Counted from the stretch's first letter, positions 10,902-20,269 are shown. The stretch is DNA of 32,000 bases from Candidatus Arthromitus sp. SFB-rat-Yit (GCF_000283555.1 NC_016012.1:990001-1022000), one strand, 5' to 3'. The notes: generated by a model from the letters alone, not told the origin. Numbers and translations: made by a program.

Positions 10902-11390
10902 TCAAATATCAACAGCTACCTTATTGTTTAATATTTTGTGTTTCATATAAAAGGCTGTAGGAACTGAAATATCTAAATTTTTTGCAGCTTTCCTTATAGT
11001 ATTGTCGCTAGTTACTTCTTTTACACACATTTGAATTTTTTCAAACGGTAACTTCGCATTATGAAATATTGTATTTGTTGTATCCGAAAAAGTTTTTCTG
11101 CACTCTTTACATCTGAATCTTTCTTTTGTAACTCCATCCTTATATTTAGTATACTTTTGATGTCTTGATATAAATCTACTATCACAATAAGGACATCTTC
11201 TATTACTCTTGTCATTTATAATTTTTAATAAAGATATAATTTCTTTTCTGCTCAATATAATTTCGTCATTTGACTTAAAAATATTTATAAGTGCATTATA
11301 GTCAATCCTATCTGTGCTTTTAAGATAATTTATTATATCTTCCTTACTTTCAATTTTTATATCTATATCTGTAACTTTAATATTATCCAT
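10902..11390 (-). CDS. IS1595-family transposase N-terminal module only (Zn ribbon plus HTH); a relic or a domesticated DNA-binding protein
   Basis: CPYCDSRFISRH...RFRCKECRKTFSDTTNTIFHNAKLPFEKIQMCV...IRKAAKNLDISVPTAFYMKHKIL matches the IS1595 Zn-ribbon/HTH pattern (CPxC...yrCkxCxkxFSxxtGTifxxsKlpLxkW...isxxxlarxLgVsxktAWxmxHrI). There is no DDE domain, and I found no terminal inverted repeats. Start set at ATG 11390, after GGGGG. Confidence 0.5.
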   Translation of the reverse strand: MDNIKVTDIDIKIESKEDIINYLKSTDRIDYNALINIFKSNDEIILSRKEIISLLKIINDKSNRRCPYCDSRFISRHQKYTKYKDGVTKERFRCKECRKTFSDTTNTIFHNAKLPFEKIQMCVKEVTSDNTIRKAAKNLDISVPTAFYMKHKILNNKVAVDI

Positions 11391-11453
11391 ATTAAATACC
11401 CCCGCAGTCATATTTATGTTGTGATTATTTCAATCTTAAAATTTTTTATACAC

Positions 11454-11489
11454 AAAAAAAGCTTACTAAAAAAATTTTTTTAGTAAGCT
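11454..11489 (-). terminator. Rho-independent terminator after the subtilase gene
   Basis: Perfect palindrome agcttactaaaaaaa / tttttttagtaagct (11460-11489) followed by a T-run on the minus strand. Confidence 0.75.
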
Positions 11490-11496
11490 AAAAATT

Positions 11497-14400
11497 TTAT
11501 CTTAAAACATCAAATACGTTTCTTATATTTAAAATTCCATATCCCCAATATCTATTTGGATATTCATAACCTTTTGGAGTTACAGCTGAACTCACAAGCA
11601 ACCACATTATAATAGTAGAATCTAAATTTAATTTATTTTTTCTTACAATTCCCCATTCTAAAATTAATGCGATACCTCCAGCAGCTACAGCTGCAGCAAC
11701 AGAACTTCCAGTCATAAAAATTTCCCTTCCACCTTTTCCTATGGTCAAAATATCTACGCCACCTGCAGCAAGAAGCGGTACAATTCTATTATCGAGTGTA
11801 AATCCCTGACCCGACTTTGTTACAATTGAAGTAAGGTTTTGATTATAATAAGCCATAGCAATGGCAAGGTGTGCTGAGCTTGGTTGAGTAACTGTACTAA
11901 TTGATGTTGAATTCAAAAACCTAGTATCTGGTTTTAAAAGTTCCTTAATCGGCAAATAGGCATCATACTTTAATTTTATATCATCTTTTGATACAATAAC
12001 TATCTGCCAAATTCCTGATTTCAAATTCACAAATGAAATCCCAACATATTGAATAATAGAAATAGATGTTTCTTTAATCTCACAAAATATTTTCATCTCT
12101 GTCTGCTCTAACAGAAATTTAAAATTATACTTATTATAAGTAACTCCCTTAACATCAAATTCTCTGGTTCTCTCACCTGAAGGAGAAATTATATAAAATG
12201 CTGCCTTTGCATAATATTCTATAAATATATCAATTTTTAAACGCGTTTGTCCTCTATCTGAAAAAAATTCTATAACTTCTTCTCCATTTTTTTTATCAAT
12301 TTGACCCTCAACATGTATTTCTTTGTTTGCCTGATCTCCACATGGAACTGAAACAATAAATCCTGAATTTTTCGAATACTCTGTAATTTGTTTTGAAATA
12401 AAGGATTCTCCAGTATGATATCCAGCATTAGATTGAACTGGCAATAAAACAGAAACTGGTTTATTATATTTAAATCTAATTGACCTCAAATACCTAAGTG
12501 CTAAATATATTACAACCTCATTATATATAGCTATATCTTTAGGAAAATCCAATACATCTCTTAAAGTATCATACACTTCTCTTAATTTCACAACAACTAT
12601 ATTACTTGCAGGTGCCGCTCCTCTAATCAAACCAACCCCAGAGGAACTTGTAATTCCAGCCATCGATGTTCCATGTCCATTTATATCTCTAGATGGAACA
12701 ATTGTATATGGATCTCCTCCGCTTTTTTTAAGCCTGATTGCAGAATCTATATCTTCCTTTGTATAAATTTTCCCAAAAAGAACATTAGGTTGATGTACAT
12801 CATCATCAATTGTTTGATCCCAAATTTCTAAAATCCTAGTTTGATCAAGCTCATCCATAAAATTTTCATTCAAATAATCAATTCCTGTATCTATTATTCC
12901 AATTATCACATCTCTTCCTGTTAAATCCAAATATTCATTACTTTGTGTTTGGTAAATTCCTGAATCTGATAATGGAGATATACTCTCACTACAGAGTGTA
13001 TAATAATAGGAAGCTTCAATATTTACTGATCCATCCGGAACATAATTTTCATATAACATATCTAATTTATTTATCGGGAATGATAATATTGATAGGTAAA
13101 CTTCTTCATTTTCCTCTTTTAAAGGATAAATACAATAATCTTTATCAGTAAAGTTCACATTATTTTGAACAGTCACTAAAAATTGTGCTCTACTATCATC
13201 GCTAAGATTATTAAGCGAACAAATATTAATATTCATGTCATCATATTTTAAAATATTTATATTTTCAAGTTGATCATAAGTTTGAATAGGGTTTATGATT
13301 TCTTGCTCCTCCAATTCTCTATTCTTGCCAAATTCATCCCTTCTTATATCGTATAAAATATTATCAACGCTATCCTCAATATCTATAAATGCCTTAGATC
13401 CACAAATAAATCCATATCCATAAGAATTATTCGGATAATCTATTCCCCTAACTCTATTTGCTCCCCTAACTAAAAAATATTTTATAACTTCTCCATACAA
13501 ATTGGGTTTATTTTTTTTAACAATTCCCCACTCCATCAAGAGTGCACATATTCCAGAAACGATTGGAGTCGAAAAACTTGTACCCGAAACCACATATTCT
13601 CTTCCACCAATTCCTATAACTCTAACGTTCTCTCCCGGAGCTAATACATCAGGCTTTAAATTATTTTTGTCGTCAATAGATCCCTTACCTGAGAAAATAG
13701 AAACACTTTCACGCCTATAGTTATAACTTCCAACAGAAATTACATTATATACAGTAGCAGGAGAACCTAAAGTATCATTATTATCAGGTTTCAAAAATCG
13801 AGTACTTCTACCAATAGACTCAGTTGTTGGCAACCACATATTGTAAGTACTCTCAAACTCATTATATAACTTAATGTTTATATTCCAGATTCCTTCCTCA
13901 ATAGTTGAATTTCTATATGCTCCAATACTAATTAAACATTCACCAAAAACATTATATCTTGTAGGACCGGTATACAAAACATCAACAACATCTGCTCCTA
14001 CTCGTGCACGCTGATTACCCTCAAACAATCTTATAGGACGACTTACTCCTGTAGAGGGTGAACTTATCGTTACAACCACATCAGACAGAACTCCTTTATA
14101 TAATGAAACTATAACAAGCTCATGATTACCTGAAATTTCAATTCCAACATCTTCTCCATCTTGAACAATAGTTCCACTTTTGTGATGTGCTGCACCTCCT
14201 TCATTACCAGCAGACACTACAACAGTAGTATTTTCTCTCGTAGCAAAATTTCTTACATATTCTGCAAATAAACTTGTCCCAGTATGAGCTCCATAGTTAG
14301 TACTAAAACTTAAATTTACAACTAATGGGAACTTCTCTTCATCTTGTTTTTTTGCTAAAAAATCGAGTCCCATCATAATAGTGTGAAAAAGTACAATAGT

Positions 14401-15075
14401 TGAATCAATATTTGTTGTACTATTTACACTAATTATAGATGCTCTAGGTGCTACACCATATGAATTAATATTTATATTTCCTCCAGCACAAGCAAGAGAT
14501 GCAACTTCTGTTCCATGACCTTTATAGTCACGCTCACTAATAACGCTAAAAGGATCTTCACTTCTAAGTGCCTCATTTATTTGATCCGAATTATAAAGAT
14601 CTCCTGTTGTAGCGTTATACATATATTTAATTCTTGTTGTTCCATCCTCATTTCTAAAAGCATTGATAGTATAATCAATGCCCGAATCTATAAATGCAAT
14701 AACAACATCTGATCCATATAATTTTTGAGAATTATTAAGATCAGTAACACAGGAATTAAAATTAGAATTTGAATCATTTAATACAATTGGATATGAAAAA
14801 TCAAAATAAATTTCATTTTTAAAATCATTAAAAATTTCATTTACTATATCAAGCTCACCAATATTTAAATGAATAATACCAAAATTACCTTTTAAAGGAT
14901 ATTGTTCAATCTCCAAATCTTTTAAATAATTTTCAAAATCAACTTCACCTAAGTAACTATAAATTATCGGCACTTTATCATTATGTTTAAACTTATCATG
15001 CACAATTGTTTTATAAAGTTTTGATCTATTATAAATAGATTTTTCTTTTAAAACTAATTTTAAAATTTCACTCAT
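11497..15075 (-). CDS. Tandem subtilisin-like (peptidase S8) protein resembling the clostridial germination protease fusion CspBA
   Basis: There is no signal peptide. Half 1 has VVIAFIDSGIDYT (Asp), GHGTEVASL (His), SAGNEG (oxyanion Asn) and SGTSFSTPIVSG (Ser). Half 2 has VIIGIIDTGIDYLN (Asp), NGHGTSMAGI (His), PCGDQA (Asp at the oxyanion position) and TGSSVAAAVAAG (Ser). Each half also has Csp-like context: a retained pro-region, YTLC..ISP...I....N.YL.LTG before the Asp, and W/YLP......TRFL. Size and layout resemble the C. difficile CspBA fusion as I recall it. Confidence 0.6.
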   Translation of the reverse strand: MSEILKLVLKEKSIYNRSKLYKTIVHDKFKHNDKVPIIYSYLGEVDFENYLKDLEIEQYPLKGNFGIIHLNIGELDIVNEIFNDFKNEIYFDFSYPIVLNDSNSNFNSCVTDLNNSQKLYGSDVVIAFIDSGIDYTINAFRNEDGTTRIKYMYNATTGDLYNSDQINEALRSEDPFSVISERDYKGHGTEVASLACAGGNININSYGVAPRASIISVNSTTNIDSTIVLFHTIMMGLDFLAKKQDEEKFPLVVNLSFSTNYGAHTGTSLFAEYVRNFATRENTTVVVSAGNEGGAAHHKSGTIVQDGEDVGIEISGNHELVIVSLYKGVLSDVVVTISSPSTGVSRPIRLFEGNQRARVGADVVDVLYTGPTRYNVFGECLISIGAYRNSTIEEGIWNINIKLYNEFESTYNMWLPTTESIGRSTRFLKPDNNDTLGSPATVYNVISVGSYNYRRESVSIFSGKGSIDDKNNLKPDVLAPGENVRVIGIGGREYVVSGTSFSTPIVSGICALLMEWGIVKKNKPNLYGEVIKYFLVRGANRVRGIDYPNNSYGYGFICGSKAFIDIEDSVDNILYDIRRDEFGKNRELEEQEIINPIQTYDQLENINILKYDDMNINICSLNNLSDDSRAQFLVTVQNNVNFTDKDYCIYPLKEENEEVYLSILSFPINKLDMLYENYVPDGSVNIEASYYYTLCSESISPLSDSGIYQTQSNEYLDLTGRDVIIGIIDTGIDYLNENFMDELDQTRILEIWDQTIDDDVHQPNVLFGKIYTKEDIDSAIRLKKSGGDPYTIVPSRDINGHGTSMAGITSSSGVGLIRGAAPASNIVVVKLREVYDTLRDVLDFPKDIAIYNEVVIYLALRYLRSIRFKYNKPVSVLLPVQSNAGYHTGESFISKQITEYSKNSGFIVSVPCGDQANKEIHVEGQIDKKNGEEVIEFFSDRGQTRLKIDIFIEYYAKAAFYIISPSGERTREFDVKGVTYNKYNFKFLLEQTEMKIFCEIKETSISIIQYVGISFVNLKSGIWQIVIVSKDDIKLKYDAYLPIKELLKPDTRFLNSTSISTVTQPSSAHLAIAMAYYNQNLTSIVTKSGQGFTLDNRIVPLLAAGGVDILTIGKGGREIFMTGSSVAAAVAAGGIALILEWGIVRKNKLNLDSTIIMWLLVSSAVTPKGYEYPNRYWGYGILNIRNVFDVLR

Positions 15076-15136
15076 TTACTACCTATTTTAAAAAATTATT
15101 CTATAATAAACTATATTTTTAAATACTAATAGTTGA

Positions 15137-15165
15137 TTGATATCAAAAATATTTTTTGCTAGAAT
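15137..15165 (+). promoter_or_regulatory. SigA-type promoter of glmS
   Basis: -35 TTGATA (15137-15142), a 17-nt spacer, then -10 TAGAAT (15160-15165). This leaves only about 30 nt of leader before the ATG. Confidence 0.55.
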
Positions 15166-15199
15166 TATATGGAAAGTAATAATTTTTGGAGGTATTGTT

Positions 15200-17026
15200 A
15201 TGTGCGGTATAATTGGATATACAGGATCAAAAAATGCCTTACCTATATTGATTCATGGACTTAAAAAACTTGAATATAGGGGATATGATTCAGCAGGAAT
15301 AGCCTTATTATCTCAAGGATCTATATTTATCGAAAAGTCAAAAGGCAACATCTCAAATTTAGAAAGAAAGTTATCTAACATAAAACTAACAAGCAATATC
15401 GGAATAGGGCATACAAGATGGGCAACTCACGGTGAACCCTCAGATATAAATGCTCATCCGCACACAAATTCAATAAATACAATTGCAATAGTACACAATG
15501 GAATAATTGAAAACTACATTGAACTTAAAGAGTTATTGGAAAAAAATTTTAATATTAAATTAAAATCAGAAACAGACACAGAGGTTATAGCACATTTAAT
15601 AGATCATCTATGGAATGGGAATTTATTAAGTACACTCTATAAAGTCACTCAAAAATTAACTGGATCATATGCTCTGAGTGTAATTGCAAAAGATGATCCT
15701 AACAAAATAATAGCTGTAAGAAAAGACAGCCCACTCATAGTTGGTGTTGGTGAAAATGAAAATTTCATAGCATCAGATATACCTGCAATTTTAAAATACA
15801 CCAAAAATGTAATATTAATTGAAAATAATGAATTTGTAGAGATTACAAAAGATTACATAAATATATACGATGAGTCTGGAAATTCTATTGAAAGAGAATC
15901 CATTGAAATCACATGGCAAGTTGAAGAAGCTGAGAAAGAAAATTTTGATCATTTCACACTTAAAGAAATTCATGAACAACCAAAGACACTGAAAAACATA
16001 TTAAATCACAATATAATTAAAAATAAATTAAATATTCAAAACCTAAATATAACAGAGGAAGAACTGAGAAATTTTAATAAATTTTACATTGTCGGATGTG
16101 GTACAGCCTATAATGCAGGGTTAATCGGAAAATATATTTTTAGAAAATTTGTAGGAATAGATATTATATGTGAAATAGCCTCAGAATTCAGATACAACGA
16201 TCCAATAATTGATGACAAAACTTTAGTTATTTGTATTTCACAGTCAGGTGAAACTTTAGATACGATTCAGAGTATAAGACTTGCAAAAGAAAAGGGAGCA
16301 AAGATATTAAGCATAGTTAACATTATCGGATCTTCAATAACTCGTGAATCGGATTATATATTCTATACAATCGGTGGACCTGAAATAGGAGTTGCATCAA
16401 CAAAAATTTTCACATGCCAATTACTTGCTTTAAATCTTATTGCACTAGAGTTTGGAAAGTTGTTGAAATTTTTAAACGATAACCAAATTGAAAAATTTTT
16501 AAAAGAGCTTCAAACAATTCCAGAAAAAGCCCAGACAATACTAGATAATACTCAAAAAATTAAAGACATTGCACATAAACAATTCCAAAATGAAAATATT
16601 TTTTATATGGGACGAACTCTAGATATGGATATTTCATTTGAGGCAAGTCTTAAACTCAAAGAAATTTCATATATAAATTCTTTTGCAATAGGTGCTGGAG
16701 AATTAAAACATGGAACAATAGCACTCGTTAATGATAAAACCTTTGTTGTTGCTCTCTCGACTCAAGACAAATTAATAGAAAAAATGATGGCCAATACAAA
16801 AGAAGTTAAAGCACGTGGAGCAAAAGTTTTAGCTATTACAAAAGAAACTTTAAAGTTCCCAAATGATTGTTGCGACGAACTTATATTAATACCTAATACA
16901 TTAGATATTTTTACTCCACTATTATCTATAATTCCATTGCAGCTTTTTGCTTATTATGTTTCAACATTTAGAGGTAACGACGTTGACAAGCCTCGCAATC
17001 TTGCAAAATCTGTAACAGTTGAATAA
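15200..17026 (+). CDS. glmS: Glutamine--fructose-6-phosphate aminotransferase (isomerizing)
   Basis: True start is MCGIIGY (catalytic Cys2) at ATG 15200, after GGAGG. The track start at 15137 adds 21 non-homologous residues. It has two SIS domains, SQSGETLDT, and the C-terminal KPRNLAKSVTVE. Confidence 0.95.
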   Translation: MCGIIGYTGSKNALPILIHGLKKLEYRGYDSAGIALLSQGSIFIEKSKGNISNLERKLSNIKLTSNIGIGHTRWATHGEPSDINAHPHTNSINTIAIVHNGIIENYIELKELLEKNFNIKLKSETDTEVIAHLIDHLWNGNLLSTLYKVTQKLTGSYALSVIAKDDPNKIIAVRKDSPLIVGVGENENFIASDIPAILKYTKNVILIENNEFVEITKDYINIYDESGNSIERESIEITWQVEEAEKENFDHFTLKEIHEQPKTLKNILNHNIIKNKLNIQNLNITEEELRNFNKFYIVGCGTAYNAGLIGKYIFRKFVGIDIICEIASEFRYNDPIIDDKTLVICISQSGETLDTIQSIRLAKEKGAKILSIVNIIGSSITRESDYIFYTIGGPEIGVASTKIFTCQLLALNLIALEFGKLLKFLNDNQIEKFLKELQTIPEKAQTILDNTQKIKDIAHKQFQNENIFYMGRTLDMDISFEASLKLKEISYINSFAIGAGELKHGTIALVNDKTFVVALSTQDKLIEKMMANTKEVKARGAKVLAITKETLKFPNDCCDELILIPNTLDIFTPLLSIIPLQLFAYYVSTFRGNDVDKPRNLAKSVTVE

Positions 17027-17056
17027 AAGGCTACTAGTTAACTAGTAGCCTTTTAT
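17025..17056. terminator. Bidirectional rho-independent terminator
   Basis: Perfect palindrome aaaggctactagtt / aactagtagccttt (17025-17052), T-rich after it. It lies between convergent glmS and the 17057 gene. Confidence 0.85.
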
Positions 17057-18406
17057 TTAAGCAATTTTCTTTAATGATCCCTTTAAATTTTTAACTATAT
17101 TTTTAAATTCATTTTCATTAACCATAGTTTCAGCAACAACTCTTAAGGCAAATTCATTAGAGCATCCCTTGGAAACAATCGTATCATACTTACTAACCCA
17201 ATATCTTAACCCCTCATTATCAGACTCTCTGTTAACGATAACTTTATAAAGTCCCTCAATTTTTGATTCAGTTGTTGATCTTAATGTTAAAAATTCCTCT
17301 TCAGATAATAAATTTATCACAAAATTTTCAAAACTAACTTTTCCACTAGATAAGCTATCAATCCAAAATTTAAATCCTTTTTCATCTGGATTTCTATTTA
17401 AAGAATTAAAATATACAGATCTTACAAAATTATTAATGTCGCTTGTTTCTTGAAGAGTTTTAAATGGTGCAACGTTTAAAACTATCCTATTTCCATCTTT
17501 TGAATCAAAATATATTTTTAAATCTGAATACTTCTTTGATGGAACTAAATTACTAACAGTCAATTTACCATTTAAAAATTTTATATCTAAGCCTTCTATA
17601 TTACTTTTAAAATCCGTTACTCCTATTGCAAATTTTTTAATATCATCATTTAAATTTAAATCAATTTTAATATCTTCAATATTTGAATTGTTTATATCAT
17701 CACTCGTTAGTGTATAATATAAAATTTTTGAATTTGATGATCCTTGATTTTCATTTTTATCGGATTGAAGCGTTTTGAACATACCATTATCTACAACTTT
17801 CTCAATATTTTCACTTTTAGTTACGATATCATAAGTATAATTTAAATTTTCTCTTAACCCTGTAAGATTTAAAACCAAATTATCTCTCTTAGGTAATTCA
17901 GCAGTTTTAAATACTTTCCCATCAAGTTTCAAAACTAAATAAAGAGGATAATATTCGTTTGGCAAATTATTTTCTAAAATCTTAATTTTCACATTGTCCG
18001 TTCCTTCAAACTCAACTTGTGTTTTAATCTTAAGAGTACTTGCCTCAATTGACGGAGAAAATATTGTATTCTTAGAACTACCTTCACCATATGAGCAAGA
18101 AACATATAAATTGTAATTCTTTGATTGATCTAAATTTTTAATTTCTGTAGCAAATTGCCCTCTTCTATTTAAAGTTAATTTTTCGCTTTCATAAACCTTA
18201 TTATTGTTTTCATCTAAAGCCAAAACACGTAAATCTCCATCACTAAATTTTGGATCAACGTTTCCAGTAAATGAAATTGAGTTTCTATGGCTTATCATAT
18301 TTACATTTTGAACAACCATTACTTGTGATGCACTTGCAGAAGTTGCAGATACCCCACATACTAAGATAGGAAATGATGAAAGTAAAGCAGACAATTTTTT
18401 ATACAT
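17057..18406 (-). CDS. Secreted surface protein: FN3-like repeats plus a C-terminal DUF4214-type module (paralog 2)
   Basis: RBS AAGGAGAA places the start at MYKKLSALLSS... (18406), not the track MNCNLRRKF extension. Signal peptide ends ...ATSASA|SQ. FN3-like L.GL...NYTYDI motifs are present. C-terminus reads FVRSVYFNSLNRNPDEKGFKFWIDSL...LLSEEEF...LYKVIVNRESDNEGLRYWVSKY. Confidence 0.8.
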   Translation of the reverse strand: MYKKLSALLSSFPILVCGVSATSASASQVMVVQNVNMISHRNSISFTGNVDPKFSDGDLRVLALDENNNKVYESEKLTLNRRGQFATEIKNLDQSKNYNLYVSCSYGEGSSKNTIFSPSIEASTLKIKTQVEFEGTDNVKIKILENNLPNEYYPLYLVLKLDGKVFKTAELPKRDNLVLNLTGLRENLNYTYDIVTKSENIEKVVDNGMFKTLQSDKNENQGSSNSKILYYTLTSDDINNSNIEDIKIDLNLNDDIKKFAIGVTDFKSNIEGLDIKFLNGKLTVSNLVPSKKYSDLKIYFDSKDGNRIVLNVAPFKTLQETSDINNFVRSVYFNSLNRNPDEKGFKFWIDSLSSGKVSFENFVINLLSEEEFLTLRSTTESKIEGLYKVIVNRESDNEGLRYWVSKYDTIVSKGCSNEFALRVVAETMVNENEFKNIVKNLKGSLKKIA

Positions 18407-18454
18407 AAATTTTCTCCTTAGATTACAATTCATTTAAATCTTTATCTTAATATT

Positions 18455-18483
18455 ATTTTAACAATTATGTAATAAATTTGCAA
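18455..18483 (-). promoter_or_regulatory. SigA-type promoter for the 17057-18406 gene
   Basis: On the minus strand: -35 TTGCAA (18478-18483), a 17-nt spacer, then -10 TAAAAT (18455-18460). Confidence 0.5.
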
Positions 18484-18499
18484 CTATTTTTTTAAATAT

Positions 18500-18538
18500 T
18501 TTAAAAAATAAAAAGCTCACCAATTAATGGTAAGCTTT
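18500..18538 (-). terminator. Rho-independent terminator after the 18551 gene
   Basis: Minus-strand RNA aaagcuuacc-auuaauu-ggugagcuuu (one U-G wobble) followed by a U-run. Confidence 0.7.
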
Positions 18539-18550
18539 CAATTAATTAAA

Positions 18551-20269
18551 TTAAATACCTAAATCTTTAAGTCTAGCTTGGAATTCTGATTCACTAATCA
18601 TTTCATTAGCTATTGACGTTAAAGCTGATGAATCAGACTGATTACTTCTCTTAAGATCTTCAAATTTATCTGTCCAATATTTTAAACCTACAGCGTCAGA
18701 ATTTCTATTAACTATTACTTTATATAAAGCGTCTATTTTTGCACTAGTTGTAGTATTTAAAATTGAAAATTCTTTCTCTGATAATAAATTCATAATAAAA
18801 TTCTCAGGTGATATAACTTTTTTTATTAATTGGTTTTCCCAATAAGAAAATCCTTTTTCATCAGGTTGTCTATTTAAAGAATATTTGTAAACATCAATTA
18901 TAAATTGTCTTACTTTAGATTCGCTAGATTTAGTTGTAAATGATGCAACCGTTACTCTTCTACTAGTTCCACTCTTATCAGTGTAAGATATAGTTAAATT
19001 TCCATAATGTCTTCCAGGAATTAATCCTACTAACTCTATATTTCCATTTCTATATGTTACAGTAACATCATTAATACTAGTAGAAAAATTTCTACCCTCA
19101 TTCATACTGCTAACCAAACTTGTATTTGAAACTGGTATAATTGCTGTAGTATCTTTTATTGTTGCTCTGTTTATATCAGCTTCCTTAATTTCATAAATGT
19201 TTGATGAAATTGAACTATTGTTATTTGAACTTCCACTAGACGATGATGATGAAGTTAATGTTCTAAATGATCCTCTATATAAAGAGCTTTTATTTGATTC
19301 ATTAATTATTTCATAATAATAGTCAGTATTTGGGTTAAGATTTGTTAATCTAAACTTTCTTGAACGCCATGCATCTTCAGCATAATTACCAATATATGTA
19401 CCATTATAATAATCTCTATACAAATACAATCTTAATGAATCATTAAGATTCGTACGCACTTCTATATTAGCTGAATTATACGTTCTATCTAAAACTGACA
19501 CATTTATACTATAATTTGGCGAATATGAATTAGATAATGTTCTAAATGATCCTCTATATAAAGATCTGTTATCTGATTCACTAACTATTTCATAATAATA
19601 ATCCGTATTTTGGTTAAGATTTATTAATCTAAATCTTCCTGAAAGCCATGAGTCTTCACTATAATTACCAACATAAGTACCATTATAATAATCTCTATAC
19701 AAATACAATCTTAATGAATCATTAACATTTGTACGTACTTCTATATTGGCTGAATCAGTAGTCCTATCTACAACTGACACACTTATACTGGAATTTGATG
19801 AAGATGAAGAAGATGATGATGATAAAGGTAACGTTCTAAATGTTCCACTATATACAAGTCGATCTGATTCATCAAATATTTTATAAGTATAATCTGTTTC
19901 TGGAGTAAGACCCGATAATCTAAACTCTCTTGATCCCATTGAAGATTCATTATAACTATAAATTTTAACATCATCATAATCTCTGTATAAATCTAAAGTA
20001 AACGAATCAGTGGAATTAGTATATATATCCACAATAGCTGAACTAGTAGTCTTGTCTACAACTGATGCACTTACATTTACAATAGGATCAAACTCAATAA
20101 CTTCATCTCCTATTCCGCCGTTAATAGTTATGTCATACTTTGGAACTATAATTTTCGATGTTGTATCTGCTGTATCCTTTGTAGTTTGAGATGATATAGC
20201 AAAAGCTGTAACAGTCCCACATACTGAAATAGACAATGATAAAATCAAGGTAAGTAATTTTTTATACAT
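18551..20269 (-). CDS. Secreted surface protein: three tandem FN3-like repeats of about 92 aa, Ser-rich linkers, a conserved FN3-like module and a C-terminal DUF4214-type module (paralog 3)
   Basis: Start at MYKKLLTLILS (20269), after AAGGAGAA. Signal peptide ends ...TAFA|ISS. C-terminus reads FIIDVYKYSLNRQPDEKGFSYWENQL...LLSEKEF...LYKVIVNRNSDAVGLKYWTDKF...SESEFQARLKDLGI. Confidence 0.85.
   Translation of the reverse strand: MYKKLLTLILSLSISVCGTVTAFAISSQTTKDTADTTSKIIVPKYDITINGGIGDEVIEFDPIVNVSASVVDKTTSSAIVDIYTNSTDSFTLDLYRDYDDVKIYSYNESSMGSREFRLSGLTPETDYTYKIFDESDRLVYSGTFRTLPLSSSSSSSSSNSSISVSVVDRTTDSANIEVRTNVNDSLRLYLYRDYYNGTYVGNYSEDSWLSGRFRLINLNQNTDYYYEIVSESDNRSLYRGSFRTLSNSYSPNYSINVSVLDRTYNSANIEVRTNLNDSLRLYLYRDYYNGTYIGNYAEDAWRSRKFRLTNLNPNTDYYYEIINESNKSSLYRGSFRTLTSSSSSSGSSNNNSSISSNIYEIKEADINRATIKDTTAIIPVSNTSLVSSMNEGRNFSTSINDVTVTYRNGNIELVGLIPGRHYGNLTISYTDKSGTSRRVTVASFTTKSSESKVRQFIIDVYKYSLNRQPDEKGFSYWENQLIKKVISPENFIMNLLSEKEFSILNTTTSAKIDALYKVIVNRNSDAVGLKYWTDKFEDLKRSNQSDSSALTSIANEMISESEFQARLKDLGI
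19259..20077 (-). repeat. Three in-frame tandem repeats (period about 276 nt / 92 aa) inside the 18551-20269 CDS
   Basis: Repeat B is track aa 171-254 (19535-19786) and repeat C is aa 263-346 (19259-19510). Both read SV.DRT..SANIEVRTN.NDSLRLYLYRDYYNGTY.GNY.ED.W.S.(R/K)FRL.NLN.NTDYYYEI..ES...SLYRGSFRTL. They are also clearly similar at the DNA level. Repeat A (aa 74-156) is more diverged. Confidence 0.85.

Larger units (their letters stand above)
18393..18545 (-). repeat. Duplicated start/5'UTR/promoter/terminator cassette, copy 1
   Basis: A 47-nt exact match (aattttttatacataaattttctccttagattacaattcatttaaat, 18393-18439 = 20256-20302). High similarity continues through the promoter into the upstream terminator hairpin. 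Confidence 0.85.

Noticed and set aside
10730-11496. Calling a complete IS element or mobile element around the IS1595-like ORF
   Set aside because: There is no DDE catalytic domain, and I could see no terminal inverted repeats or target-site duplication. Only the N-terminal DNA-binding module is present.
15076-15199. Looked for a glmS ribozyme to annotate as ncRNA
   Set aside because: The region is too short and too AT-rich, and no conserved core was recognisable. I report this as an absence (see findings) rather than as a feature.
18407-18433. N-terminal extension MNCNLRRKF (also 20270-20296) and MLRRIY (22589-22606) in the track ORFs
   Set aside because: These codons span the RBS AAGGAGAA itself. 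The downstream ATG (MYKKL / MLRKKL) has ideal spacing and starts a proper signal peptide.
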